From Lama glama (Eukaryota), in assembly GCA_028534125.1 (NCBI GenBank), contig CM052816.1, forward strand, positions 77,006,001 through 77,070,000: a stretch of 64,000 nucleotides of DNA, read 5' to 3'. This document shows, piece by piece, positions 37,981 to 51,308 of this stretch. How positions within the stretch are numbered: the stretch's first letter is position 1; each line of letters starts with the position of its first letter. The notes under the pieces were generated by a model. That model saw nothing but the letters and a program-made list of their open reading frames with translations, had not been told where the DNA came from and did not search any database. Both the position numbers and the translations under genes were made by a program.

Positions 37981-38704
37981 GCCTACATAAAATAAGTGAT
38001 ATTTTCTTGGTTTAATTTTTCCCTATTTTTTTTCTTTTCTGTGAATTAAAGTTGCAGAATTTTTATTGCTTTTCTAAATCACAGCAACATGATAAAATTC
38101 AGGCAGTCTTCAACATCTTTGATATTTAAAGCAGTGATCCTCAAAAGAAATACACCTCAGGGTTTCCTGAGGGGCTTTAAAAAAAAGTAGTACAACAGAT
38201 GCCAGGGTTTCATTGCAGACTTCCTGGCCCAAAGCTGTAAGTTTAATGGGTCCTTAACCTCTGTATTACCCATCCCCTTTGCTGTCCTAGCTAAAAGCTG
38301 TTTAAAGGTTGAAATATATAAAAAGATTAGCCCAGTGAAGAATATTAATAATTTTGGTCTAACTTTAAATACTTATTTCTATTTAAAAACTTAGTTTTGA
38401 AAATATTTGAGTTATCCTAGGCCGATAAATAAATTTTGCAATTTCTTATAGCAATGAAAAAGAATATTTCTAACTTTCCAAGTATTTGGATTTTTTCATT
38501 TGAAGAGATAACCCAAAATTTAAAATAACTAATTTACATGTAGGGTAGGAATATTTACTACTTTATATATTTATGCCAGCACATCAAATATGTCATTTAA
38601 TCAATATCCGGAGGAAAAAAATTTTAAAAGTGATATTTTGAAAGAAAAATAGATAAGTCATTATTACAGTTTTTATCATATCATAGTCTTCTTTTTCATT
38701 TTAG

Positions 38705-38843
38705 AATTAAGGAGAAGTATCCTCAAACATTTGATGACATATGCCTTTACTCCGAGGTTTCCCATTTGCTATCACACTGCACATTTAGACTTCCATGTCG
38801 GAGGTTCATACAAGAATTATTTCAAGATGTACAGTTTTTACAA
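38705..38843 (+). CDS. RICTOR: RICTOR exon 37, IKEKYPQTFDDICLYSEVSHLLSHCTFRLPCRRFIQELFQDVQFLQ
   Basis: ttag|A...CAA|gtaagt; 139 nt. Confidence 0.97.
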
Positions 38844-38965
38844 GTAAGTAGGACTTGTATTTATGAAATCGATCTTTCCAAAATAATTCTGTTTGAATTA
38901 AGTTAAAAGAGACATATCCGTTGATACACTAGAATGTCATTAACAGTTTACCACTTCTTTCCTAG

Positions 38966-39040
38966 ATGCATGAAGAAGCAGAGGCTGTCCTGGCAACACC
39001 ACCAAAGCAACCTATAGTTGATACATCTGCTGAGTCCTGA
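38966..39040 (+). CDS. RICTOR: RICTOR last coding exon, MHEEAEAVLATPPKQPIVDTSAES-stop
   Basis: ctag|ATG...TCC TGA; matches RICTOR C-terminus. Confidence 0.97.
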   Translation: MHEEAEAVLATPPKQPIVDTSAES

Positions 39041-42000
39041 CCTCATATTTATGATGTACATAGATGTATATGATATATAGTCATATTTGTGGACTTTTAA
39101 AAGCCTCAGAAAATGCCGGCTGACTGGGCAGCAAAGACAGGAATATCTTCTGTACACTGTTCCAGCAATTACTGGTACATGAACAGTTGGAACTGCGGAC
39201 TTCCCTAACCAAAACAACTTCCTCTCTCCCCTAGCTGAGCCCTTTTCAGGGTTCATTGTTCATTACCACAATTTTAAGAGTTTTAGTTACCATTGTATGC
39301 AAGAGCCAAGCACTGAATACCTACATAGGTTTTCTATTTTTTCATTTTAAGAGCATAACAACAGTGGAACGATAATGGGATATGCAGAAGCACCCTTCAC
39401 ACAGTTATTTCTGAGTTCTTTTTTTAGGGTAAATGTAAAGATGCCTTGTTTGTTAGCTAATTTGTGGAAACCAGGAATCAGTGTCTGTGAGACGGCACCC
39501 TGTTCCCACAGTAGAGTGTGCTATAACTGCTGGTATTAGAGGGGGATCTTCGGCCCTTCCACTCTTTTCTTAATGTTTGTAACACTACTTCAGAGGTTTG
39601 TAACCTCAAAGTGAAAGAAGAGCCTCAACAACCCGGGACTTGTAAGTTATTTTTATGTTACTAGACTTGCATAAAATTTCTTATTTGTTTTCCATCTCTT
39701 CAGTTTTGTTGCAGTGTGTTATTATAGGCTGTTTGAACCGATTAAGGTTTTTCACTACAGTTCCTGATTAAAACCAGAAAATTATTTCATATCAGTATTT
39801 CCCATTTATAGAATGCAGATATTTTCAGTGGATTTCCATTTTCATTAACTTCCTCTATCACCATTTTAAACAGGAACTTGAGCAAGCACTATTAACTTAG
39901 GCCTAAAGCAAAAGAAAGCATTAAATAATACCTTGGATCTCTAGAGAAAAAGGTATATTTGCTGACATTTTACACATTCCATGGAAAAAGAAGAGCCATA
40001 GTTCCTTTTGAGAAAATCATTAATGAAACTTATTATGATTAAAAATTGTAGTGAAAAGCCTTAAGTACCAAATTTTAAAGCAGCAGTAATTTAACTTTTG
40101 TATCAGTGTTCTTGTTTTGCACAAACTAAATGCAGTGATAGGTGAGTTTATGAGTACAGTAAATTGCCTTTATCACGTTTGTGAAGTTGTTAAGTTGATG
40201 AGGGCAAGATTTTGTTTATTTGTGTGTTTAATTTGTATATGTCTAAAGATATTTGGAAATCTTTACAGGAATTAAACATATATGCAAATTTGTATATAAA
40301 AAAGCATGGCCATCATCATCAGAATGCTTGTAAATGAAAGGATTATCTTTTTTGAGGTCTATATACAAGTAGAAAAAAAATCCAGCTGGACTGATTAGGA
40401 CCCTTATGAAATTCATTTGTTTATACCATTTTACAGTTATACATCAGCCTTTGACACAGTCATAGTGCATTGATTAATACTTTCCCAAATTACAGATCCT
40501 TTTTATAACGGGCTTGTTCTTTGAGATCTCTGTAAAGAACCCTGTGAACTAGGAAACGTAACTCACAGAGAGAGATATATATATTTTTTAATTTACTGGC
40601 ACTGAAAGTTCCAATTGGGATGAAGCATTTCATCTCACTTCATAACACCTCTTTGACTGCACTTCAGTGAATTGTTCTCATGTGCACTGTGTAGCAACTT
40701 ACATTAGAACAAAGCAGATAAGGGCTGTAAGCTGCTGCTTATGTTAAAAAATGGTTCTTTAGATTTTCTTTCATAAAATTCAATTGAAGATAAAATAAAT
40801 GCTGTTTTCTTTTTAACTTTAATTTATCACTGAACCCATGTGTTTATTTAAATGTCAACAGTACTTCTAAGAACGTTGCCTGTCACCTTGGTCTTTGGTC
40901 TCGGATGATTATATACTGCCTTCCAGAGAACCAAATGTCAGAGATACTAGACCAAATAGTGGTTAAAAACTCCAAAGGAGGTAATGTAGTAATCTTTTTA
41001 ATAATGGGATTAACATATTTTAGACATTCATTTTAAACACTACCTCAGTTAATATAGAGTGTAAAATCTGTGGTTTAATCCCTCAAAAGTTAACTAATTC
41101 TTTTTTGTTACACACACACATGCAACCATCCCCATCCCTGACCCCCACCTCACTCATCCATTCTGAAATGAAGTCTTCATTACTATTAGCCTGAACAGTT
41201 TTGGGGTTTTTTCATTATTACTTTGAAAGACATGTATGTATATATCATAATATTTGCCTGTAGCACTTAGTTTGGGGAGACACTCAGAGCTTTGTGGTTC
41301 GCAGTAATCTAAGAAAAAAGATGTCTATACTTAAATGTATAGTGCTATTTGATTTATCCATGTTTTACTGACAGGTCTAATATGTTTTCTTTAAGTACTT
41401 ATTTGTATAAAAGTAGACTTTTACAATGAAAAATGTTCACATGCAGTGCCAAGTGATAAACTTAGGTGTTTAAAAATATTAAATTATAGCAGAAAAGTTA
41501 GGAATGTCTTCAGTGGTAATAGAAATAATTGAGAAAAGCATCTATAAATAATATTACCAGACTATAAAATACCAAAATAATGTCAATACTGTAGTTTTTC
41601 AGGATTTTAGAATTAATCTTAGTCCATATATAAATTTGTACTACTGGTAATTATTGAACAATTTGGAAGAATTTGGGGAGTTGTGCTGGTTGTAAACTGT
41701 GAATTTCTAATTGTAAAGTGAATTGTCATTTCTAATTGAATTTTTTTCAAGAACTGACTTCAACTTCACATACTAAGTAAATACTGATAAATAAGGAAAT
41801 TAGAAATTAGCATTCATAATTAAATATGATCTAAAATTCCTTATACTTTTATTTCCTGTTTATGCTTAGATAGAGTTGAGAGGGGAAAGAAGTCTTTTCT
41901 CCCTAATAAAAATTTTTCTAATAAAGATTGGTAGCATAAGGACATTCTGTGAGACAGTGACATTAAAAGAGGCTCTTTGGAGACATATACTTTATTATAC

Positions 42001-43462
42001 TAGTTGCTCTAACATTATGTGTTCAAGTCCTTTTGGAATGGTGTGGCTTTAATAGTTTTCAGCTCTTATATCTAGAGCTTGAGGTAATTAAAGCTGAGTT
42101 TTTCAGGGCATATTACAATGGCAGAGTGTTCAACAGTGAGGTGTGAATACTTCCTTAATTTGTCTACTGCTATTTATATAAAAACATTTTTCATTCCATT
42201 CAGAGGATGCCTTTTATCCCCACATTAAAGCACAGATCATTAAGCAATAAAAATCAATCAAATTGTTACCCAAATTATAATTGCAATTATTTTTGCATGG
42301 TAAGAGTGAGGTGCTAATTTTGTGTGAGATGATCTTTGTAAACTACCTTGGGAAAGGTCCTTTGGAAGTAAGGTTTTCCCTTTTTGTCCTATGCTTCCAG
42401 TTTTGTCTCAAATTCACAATCCATGAAACATGGGGAAAAAAAGAAACAGTAGAATTAACTGAGAGTTTTATGAGAAGAGCTGTTGGAATAAAAGGACATC
42501 TCAGATTTTCCAGACTGTGAGTTAGGAAAGGTCTCCCTTGTCTCCCCATTCAGGAAATACATTATTACCAACTTCATTTCAAGAGTATCACTACAGTGAG
42601 AGTTTGATTATGAAAGCAGACCAGTGAGGTTAATAGCGATATTTGTCAGACAATATTGAAGTCTGTGAGAATCTTTCTAGGAGCATTCATGTTTTCTTTT
42701 AGTTCTAGGTTCCCAGGGTAGTTTTCATTCATAGTAGGTTTATATGACTCACACAGAATGTGGATTTTCCCCCCTTTAGAGTATTTTTGTAATGTAGGCG
42801 GATAGCTATGCCACAGCATGCATAAATTGCACATTTTATTTGACTTTCTTTATAAAATATTTAATTTGAAAAATATAATTTATGCCAAAAAAGTATACCT
42901 TGTAACTTTGCCACTAAATAGGTTAATTTAGCACAAAATGCAAAGTCTTGGGGCAGAGCAGGGAGAGGTAAAAAATTTCATAGATAATAGTTGAAAAATA
43001 CTCCATTATTGGCCTGTCAGAAACCCTAAAGCTGCATTGTAAAACAAATGGTGTAAATTAGTTTTGGAAAGTGGTAAGGGATTGTGGAAAAAAAAAAAAA
43101 TCTCAGACTTAATGCTCCCTGACCACTTAATTTTCTTTTTTATTTAGTAATACGCTGCTACATATTTGGAGGTTCTGGTGTTTGTAGGTCACTGAACAGA
43201 CATTGAAATCTGATTTATATTGTATAACTGTAACATAGAAAGAAAAAGTATTTATATATTTTCCGTAAGAATATTTCATTGAGTTGTGTATAATTTAAAT
43301 AAGGTTTGTCCCCTAATGGTTTTGCTCACCTTGATTTTTTTTTTCGTGGTTTTCTTGTTTTTGTATAATGTGTACAGTTTATGTCAAGGGCATTAAAAGC
43401 CTCCTGAAGCATAATCTTATCAAAGGGATACATTCTTAATAAAATGTACTTAAAATTCTTAA
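39041..43462 (+). other. RICTOR: RICTOR 3'UTR (~4.4 kb, AU-rich, largely repeat-free)
   Basis: follows the stop codon and runs to AATAAA at 43438 plus a downstream GT/T-rich tract; exact end inferred. Confidence 0.8.
43438..43443 (+). terminator. Distal RICTOR polyadenylation signal AATAAA
   Basis: AATAAA preceded by several TGTA motifs and followed ~20 nt later by cttgtattgttatattt. Confidence 0.75.
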
Positions 43463-44207
43463 ACTTGTATTGTTATATTTGAAATTTTTAAACTATCAGT
43501 GTTGCTTTGAATTATGTAGCACTGAGGCTGCTTCGTGCAACTCCTAGTAAAAGTGACTTAGGTACCACAGAGAAAAGTCTGGCTCAGTAACACATTAGTG
43601 GCTTTTTCCAAATGTTTTAAAAGAGCTGTTTGTACTTTCTAAACACTCTTCATAGTCTAATCAAATAAATATCTTTACAGTTATTTTTTAACCTCAAATC
43701 ATTGTAAAGGGTTTGAAAAAAATTGATCTTTATTTATACAGTTCTATTTTTGCTATTAGTTGCTTAATATACAAAATAAGTGATGATGGTTATGATAGTG
43801 ACTTTTCTAAGATATGATTTCTCATGCAGAAACTGGGCCTGCATCAGATAGGATAACCTTCAGCCACCTAATGACAAGGAGAATTACCAAGCCTGGAGGA
43901 TAAAATTCAGTGTCTAAGCTAGGGTTTGTTATAGTTGACTAAATGTAATAAAATGTATTCAGAAATAGATTTGTTTTCTATAGTTTGTTTTTTAAGCATA
44001 TTTATGTGTATCACTTTCATATTTCCTTCCATTGTATATCTCTCTACATAGGTATGTTTTTCAACAAAAATAATTGGCCCCAAATAAACTAAAAAGAGGA
44101 TTTAATCATCATCAAATAGCTCATTTTTGAAAAAATGTGACAATAGTGCTGAACTGCAGAATGCTTGTTTTATAAAAACTCTAGTATATAAAGATAAAAA
44201 TAAAGTA

Positions 44208-44516
44208 CTGTCTTAGTCCATTAGGCTGCTATAGCGAAATACCACAGACTGGGTAGTTTATAAACAATAGAAATGTATTTCTCACAGCTTTGTAAGCTGG
44301 AAGTCTGAGGTCAGGCCACAAACTTCTTGTGTCTTGTGTCTTGTGTCTTCACGTGGCACAAGGGACTAGGAAACTGTGGTGTCTCTTAGAAGAGTATTAA
44401 TCACATTCTTAAGAGTTCTAGCCTTGTGACCTAATAACCTCCCAAACACACCTCATCTTTGGGTGTTTGGATTTCAACATAGGAATTTGGGGGAGTTGCT
44501 CATTCAGAGCATAGCA
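44208..44516 (-). mobile_element. MLT1A-like solo LTR
   Basis: tgtcttagtccattaggctgctata..aaataccacagactgggt...atttctcacag...cattcagagcatagca. Confidence 0.85.
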
Positions 44517-44835
44517 ACTAATTTTACATTGATTTCAAACAGGAAACCAAAATGTACTAAAACTTCGTTGCTTTAAGGCTTATCTTAGAGGACTAAGTCA
44601 GCTACATTTGCCTAGTCCTTTAAATTGAATATATTTAGTTACTGTGTTGTAACTATTTTAACTGCTAATTCTGAAGACTTCCTATCTTCTCTTGTATCTC
44701 TTCAAGGGTTTTAAAAGTCCTACTTTACGCAAAATGTTTCGTATGTTTTGTAAATTCTTTGAGATGAAAGCCAACTCATCTTTCTGCAGAGACCTTAGAA
44801 GAAATATTAGATGTCAAATTCAACCTGATTTTCTT

Positions 44836-45295
44836 TTTTAAAATTTTATTGTTTATTGAAGTGTAGGTGATTTACAATGTTAGTTTCAGGTGTACAGCAA
44901 AGTGATTCAGTTATACACATATATACATATTTTTCAGATTCTTTTCCATTATATGTTATTGTAAGAAAATGAATATAGTTCCCTGTGCTATGCAGTAGGC
45001 CCTTATTGTTTATCTATTTTATAAATAGAGGGTGTATCTGTTAACCCCAAACTCCTAATTTATCCCTCCCCCACTATTTCCCCTTTGGTAACTATAGTTT
45101 GTCGTCTGTGTCTGTGAGTCTCTTATTTTTGGTTTGTAAATAAAATTTGTCTTTTTTTTAGATTCCAAATATAAGTGATGTTATATAATATTTGTCTTTC
45201 TGTCTGACTTCACTTAGTATGATAATATCTAGGTCCACCCACATTTCTGCAAATGGCATTATTCCATTCTTTTGTATGGCTAAGTAATATTCCAT

Positions 45296-45347
<52 letters not shown>

Positions 45348-47207
45348 TGTGTGTGTGTGTGTGTGTGTGTGTGTATACATATCTATGCCATATCTTCTTT
45401 ATCCATTCATCTGTTAGTGGACATTTAGATTGTTTCCATGTCTTGGCTGTTGTAAATAGTGCTGCTATGAACACTGAGGTGCATGTGTCTTTTCGAATTA
45501 CAGTTTTCTCCAGATAAATGCCCAGGAGCGGGATTGGTGGATCATACGGTAAGTCTATTTTTAGTTTTTTAAGGAACCTCCATACTGTCCTCCATAGTGA
45601 TTGCACTAATTTACATCCCCACCAACAGTGTAGGAGGGTTCCTTTTTCTCCACACCCTCTCCAGCGTATGTTATTTTTAGACTTTTTGATGATGGCCATT
45701 CTGACTGGTGTGAGGTGATACCTCATAGTTTTTATTTGTATTTCTCTAATAATTATCAAAATTGAGCATCTTTTCATGTGCCTTTGGCCATCTGGATGTC
45801 TTCTTTGGAGAAATGCCTATTAGGTCTTATGCCCATTTTTGATTGGGTTGTTTGTTTTTTTGATATTAAGCTGTATGAGTTGTTTGTATAGTTTGGAAGT
45901 TAGTCCCTTATTATTCAAGTCATTTGCAAATATTTTCTCCCATTCAGTAGGTTGTCTTTTTGTTTTGTTTACGGTTTCATTTGCTGTGCAAAAGTTTTTA
46001 AGTTTGATTAGGTCCCATCTGTTTATTTTTGCTTTTATTTCCATTACTCTAGGAGCTGGTTCGAAAAAAATACTGCTGCAATTTATGTGCAAGAGTGTTC
46101 TGCCTGTTTTCTTCTAGGAGTTCTGTAGTATCTGGTCTTACATTTAGGCATGTAACCCATTTTGAGTTTATTTTTGTGTATGTGTTAGAGAATGCTCTCA
46201 TTTCATTCTTTCACATGTAGCTGTCCAGTTTTCTCAGCACCACTTATTGAAGAGACTGTCTTTTCTCCATTGTATATTCTTGCATCCATTGTTGTATATT
46301 AATTGACAATAAGTACATAGGTATATTTTTGGACTTTATCCTATTCCATTGATCTATGTGTCTGTTTTTGTGCCAGCACCATACTGTTTTGATTATTGTA
46401 GATTTGTAATATAGTCTAAAGTCAGAGAGTGTGATTCCCCCAGCTCCATTCTTTCCCAAGATTGTTTTGGCTATTTAGGATCTTTTGTGTTTCCATATAA
46501 ATTAAAAAAAAATTTGTTCCAGTTCTGTCAAAAATGTCATTGGTAATTTGATAGGGATTGCACTCAATCTTTAGATTGCCTTAGGTAGTATGGCCATTTT
46601 AGCAGTATTGGTTCTTCCAGTCCAAGAACACAGTGTATCTTTCCATCTGTTTGTGTCGTCTTCAATTTTTCATCAGTGTCTTACAGTTTTTGGAATATAG
46701 GTCCTTTACCTATTTAGGTAGGTTTATTCCTAGGTATTTTTTTTTAATGCAGTGGTAAATGGGATTGTTTCCTTAATTTCTTTCTGTTATTTCATTGTTA
46801 GTGTATAGACATGCAACTGATTTCTATATATTAATTTTGTATCCTGCAACTTTACTGAATTCATTGATGAGATCTAGTAGTTTTCTGGTAGCTTCTTTAG
46901 GATTTTCTGTGGGTATGTGATCTGCAAACAGTGACAGCTTTACTTTTTCTTTTCCAGTTTAGATTCCTTTTATTTCTTTCTCTTCTCTGATTGCAGTGGC
47001 TAGGACTTCAAAACTATGTTGAACAAAAGTGGCAAGAGTGAGCACCTTTGTCTTGTTCCTGATTTTAAGAGGAAATGCTTTCAGCTTTTCACCATTGAGT
47101 GTGATGTTAGCTATGGGTTTGTCAAATATGGCCTTTATTATGTTAAGTTATGGCCCTCTATGCCCACTTTCTGGACTGTTTTTTATCATAAATGGATGTT
47201 GAATTTT
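44836..47207 (-). mobile_element. 5'-truncated LINE-1 (3' part of ORF2 plus 3'UTR), frameshifted
   Basis: ORF fragments 45280..45777, 45820..46092 and 46244..46459 match L1 ORF2 ([24 protein letters not shown]); degenerate 17-bp TSD at 44819-44835 and 47206-47222. Confidence 0.95.
45296..45380. repeat. Compound (TG)n(TA)n..(TG)n microsatellite inside the L1
   Basis: direct reading. Confidence 0.95.
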
Positions 47208-48111
47208 CGACCTCACTTTCTTAATACACACACATTCTACTGGGGAATCAGTGTCACTAGAATTAGTATGAGTCAGGTGTTGGATGTCAACAGGCACTTC
47301 CAGCAGGTCCATAGCTCTGCTGTGTGGACTGTCGCAGCCTGTCTACCTGCAGCTGAGGACCAGTCATTAGTCCAAAGTATAATTTATAGGTTATTAATGC
47401 CAGTCCTGCCCACCATTAAAATATGCTGACATTTTAAGGAATTATTACTAATTTGACTTTAAGTGTGATTTTTCTATATTAGAAAAAATAGAGCCCTTTT
47501 AGAGAAACACAAATATTTACAAATGAAATCATGTGATTTTCTTCAAAATAGTATCAGGAGGGAGAGTAAATAAGGGTATGAATGGGTTGAAATAGCCATG
47601 ATTTAGTGGCTGTGGGAGCTAATGATAGTACATGATGGTTTGTTAAACTCTCCTTTTGTGTATATTTGAAATTCTCCATGTGTTTTTTTTTTAATCCTAA
47701 TAATTCTGACACATGAATACAGATTTCAAAGTTTCTGAGTAACACTTCTTAAAACAATGCTGTAAATGGCATATAGTGTTTAAGTATTAAGTTATTTGGT
47801 TATTTACAAACATGGGAGAGGAATGTGATATAAGCACAAAGCTGAGGTATAGCCCAGCATTTCCCGTTGGTATGTTGTTACATTTCAGAAAGACGTCTTC
47901 GTTTGATTTAGGCCAGTGAGTCTCAAAGTTGAGTATACATCTGAATGTCTGGGAGCTAATGAAATGTATAGAGATTCCAGGCCTTGTGTTACAGAGGATG
48001 AGGAGATTCGGAGTGGTACCCAGGAATTTACATTTTTAGTATGCTTATGATGTGATTTATTGGCCGTACTAATTGTTAGATTTCCATTTCTTTCAGGTAC
48101 AGAAAACAAAA

Positions 48112-49742
48112 TAATGCAATGGTGAAATGTTTTAATTAAGGCTCATGCAACAAAAATGACTTCAAGGTTTTGTGCATTTTTTTAAAGAAAATCTTTACAA
48201 AGGATACTATTTACAAATCAGTCATCACTATCATTGATGCTCTGTGTACTTTTAAAGTTGCATCATGACAAAGCAACACAAAGAGGCTAAATGATAACGA
48301 TACTGGCCCTAAAGTCTTCTTGAAACTATCAGACTCAAGATACTTGTTTGAAACTATGTTAGGAGTACACAGCGAATTATTCCAGCAAAAGGCTTAGTTA
48401 TATGTAAGGAAAAAGTTGAAAAGCCTGAACAGAATCCTGATTTGTGTATATTTAGGTCAGTTGACAGCCACCTTCCTTTAAGCTGTGGTCCTTCTCTTTC
48501 TTAACAGTGTGGAAGGCAAAGGGCAGGGTGTTTGGTACCAGAGGCACAGGCAGTGTCACTTCCACCACAGCAAAGAAAAAGAAACTCCTATTTGTGCTTG
48601 TTTAGAAATGTGAGAAATTCTTAAGGGTTGATGGGGAGAAAGAAGAGAAAGGAACTGTAACGTGACTGAACACCCGTTACGCACCAGGTGCTTTGCATGA
48701 TTTGTTCTAGGAGACAGAGCTGCTGTGAGCCATTACAGAAGTTCCCACTCTTTAGCTTCTTACAGCTACATCTAAACAATGTCCAACAGTGAGGTTTCAT
48801 TCTGTTAGTATAATAGGAATATAAGGCAGTGAAGGTGTTACCTTGACCCAGACAACCTCCTGCAGAGTCCAAAGGATGGTCAATGAAAATAGGTCATTTA
48901 TATATTATAGTTCTTGAAAAGAAGAGGAACCATAAAATGTGAATGGAATTAACAACATATTTTCCTTTTTTCTATTCTGAGGTAGTCATCAAAAATCATG
49001 GTAGAAGACACGTCGACTAAGTGGGAGTGCTGTAATCCTGCCACTAAGGCCGGGGTTCCTTGCCAGTTCCACTCTTTGACTGTGGTAAACAGGACAGTCG
49101 TGGGGATCTCACTGGCTCATTCCCACATCTTATCCATTAGGTCAGGTCTAGGCCCCCAGGAGATGTTCATTTTACTGCATCAGTGAACTACAAATTATCA
49201 CTTCAAGGCAAATCTAAAATGTGTTTCAGTCTTAAACATCTGTGACTTCATTAAACACATCCAGAATAAATTAACATTGACAATTTATGCTCTAGTAACA
49301 CATTCAGTGGCCTTTATTAAAGCCTTAAATCTAGTTCCTTTACCCTTAAGATACTAAATGTGGGGGTAAAACTAGATGGAAATACTTTCTTGCTAAAATC
49401 TGGACTCCTAGGACCAGAGCCACCCCGTCCAGTACTGAGTGGACAGGGTCTATCCCTATGCCAGGGGCCAGGCCTGCTGTTACAAAGGTGAGCCTGGAAC
49501 ACACAGCAGCAAGGTATACCTGTTCCCCTTGATCCTGCCACTTCCACAGCGAGCATGCTCCAAGGAGGAATGTTAAGTTCCTCAGCTTCTGACCTTTGAA
49601 ACCTAGGAAGATTATATAAATTAGACCTGCCAGTGGTGACAGTTCACTGGGATTAAGCACCGAGGTATCTGGTGATGGGATGGTGCCAGCTGTGCTTCTC
49701 TTAGTGTCTGTGTAGCATAAGCATGTGAAGGGGGGGCACTAA
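48112..49742 (-). other. OSMR: OSMR 3'UTR; candidate poly(A) signals AATAAA at 49313-49318 and ATTAAA at 48131-48136
   Basis: downstream of the stop on the minus strand; the distal ATTAAA has upstream TGTA motifs and a downstream T-rich tract; end inferred. Confidence 0.6.
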
Positions 49743-50318
49743 TTAGCGGTAGTGTTCACTTTGGTCTAAAGGGGTAGTGGAGGAGAGGCCGCTGTTCTCA
49801 GCTGGGGGAGGTGAGGCAAGACCCAGGGGAATGGCCATTTGCATTTTATACTCTGAACAGTGTACTGGCTCTGGTGGGTTTGTTGGCAGACCGTCCTTGT
49901 CTCCAGACATCTGTGATGCCAGCTGGGATACATAATTCAAACTAGCTTCTCCGGCTGCAATTTCTCCCAAGGAGTTCATGTAGTTTTTCTCTAGTGCCTT
50001 TAGTAAATTTTCAGGTGAAGTCAACAGTCCCGGCTGACTTGGTGGGGCCTGTGGGGTTACTGGGAAATGGCCACAAGAACCAGAGTCCGCAGCTGCCTCA
50101 TTATAGGTTAAGTTCTCAAAACAGATGCAGGGTCCAGGGCCAGAGTAGTTCTTCTCTGCTGGGAGGAGGTAAAGATAGGCGGGCTTAGTAAATTCCGTTT
50201 CCGTGAGTGACTTGCTGGCACCTAAGAACTGTATCTTACTCCCTTCTGGCTTGTGTATAACTTCAATAGCATCTGGGACACAGTCGCTGACGTTCATTAT
50301 TGTCAGGTGAGGGTTCTC
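49743..50318 (-). CDS. OSMR: OSMR last coding exon, cytoplasmic tail [13 protein letters not shown]...DQSEHYR-stop
   Basis: minus strand ccag|GAG; 576 nt; retains NLTY (Shc-type) and two YxxQ STAT3 motifs (YVSQ, YKMQ). Confidence 0.96.
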   Translation of the reverse strand, partial: ENPHLTIMNVSDCVPDAIEVIHKPEGSKIQFLGASKSLTETEFTKPAYLYLLPAEKNYSGPGPCICFENLTYNEAAADSGSCGHFPVTPQAPPSQPGLLTSPENLLKALEKNYMNSLGEIAAGEASLNYVSQLASQMSGDKDGLPTNPPEPVHCSEYKMQMAIPLGLASPPPAENSGLSSTTPLDQSEHYR

Positions 50319-50633
50319 CTGGAACAGAAACAAAAAACACGCAGTGGTAGTGTGTGTGTGTATCACAGTATATGAAACACATGACATGCACTCAGAGCTT
50401 CCATTTTTTGTGTGTTTTATCCTGGTCACAAGTTAACTGGAGGTGGTGTTGAAAACCGAAAGATATCCTCTGACAGAGGAAATCAGAGCTGCGTTCAGCC
50501 ATTTCATGGCTATGGGAGCAGAGGTGGCTTTTGCTTTGTTCTATCTTCCTGAGATCTAGGAAAGTATGATTACTACAGCCCCAACCCTGGGTTAGTCTTT
50601 AATATTGTCTCCATACAGTTTCCCAACATTTAC

Positions 50634-50706
50634 CTTGGACTTTATTAATGATAGGACGTTGCTCTTGTAAGGGTCTGGAATGTCAGGGTAACACTTCTCC
50701 TTCATC
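50634..50706 (-). CDS. OSMR: OSMR exon 17, MKEKCYPDIPDPYKSNVLSLIKSK (Box1, JAK binding)
   Basis: minus strand ctag|G...AAG|gtaaat; 73 nt; PDIPDP Box1. Confidence 0.96.
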
Positions 50707-50744
50707 CTAGAAAAGCAGCGAGAATTAGACTGAATTTTGCAATA

Positions 50745-50995
50745 CAGTGGAGTGGTTGAGAGTGAGAAATCTAGAGTCAGATTCCTGGGTTCTAATCCTT
50801 GCTCTGTCGCTCATTAACAGCGTAACCCTTAAGCAAGCTCTTTCATCCTTCTGTGCTTAAACTTCCACCGTGGTTCAACAGAGATAATGATGGTGGTTAT
50901 GGGGGTATTGTAAGGGTAAATGAATTATTATATGTGAAGCACTTAGAACGCTGCCAAGCACATAGTCAGTGAAATATAAACATTAGCTGTTGTTA
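50745..50995 (+). mobile_element. MIR SINE (near full length)
   Basis: ctagagtcagattcctgggttctaatcct...tgtgaagcacttagaac. Confidence 0.8.
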
Positions 50996-51226
50996 TCAAA
51001 ACCATTCTGCAATATTTTAAGTGGTTGTTTTCCTCGTGTATCAACTTCCTGCTTATCTGTGGATAAATAAGGATTTTTAAATGTTCATATTTTTATCTAA
51101 TCCTCCTTTGTCCTTTCCTTCTCAGCACTTTTGCTCATATTATCCAGTGTGAGTTCTATCTTATTAAACTCCTTTCTAGATTTTTCTTTGACTCTCCTCT
51201 TGATAAAAATTTCCCCACACACTTAC

Positions 51227-51308
51227 CACTGACTTTTTAGGTAGCAAGTGATCATGATGAGCAAAACGCAGATGATCATGGGCAGGATGATGCGTATGAG
51301 TATATGGG
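51227..51308 (-). CDS. OSMR: OSMR exon 16, transmembrane segment SHILIRIILPMIICVLLIMITCYLKSQW
   Basis: minus strand ccag|CC...GTG|gtaagt; 82 nt; hydrophobic stretch. Confidence 0.95.

Noticed and set aside
39038..39044. Stop-codon read-through at RICTOR TGA-C
   Set aside because: Context is TGA CCTC, not the TGA CTAG motif; nothing else supports it.
45280..47429. Several 65-165 aa ORFs as a novel gene or active reverse transcriptase
   Set aside because: They are frameshifted pieces, or antisense frames, of a 5'-truncated L1 ORF2.
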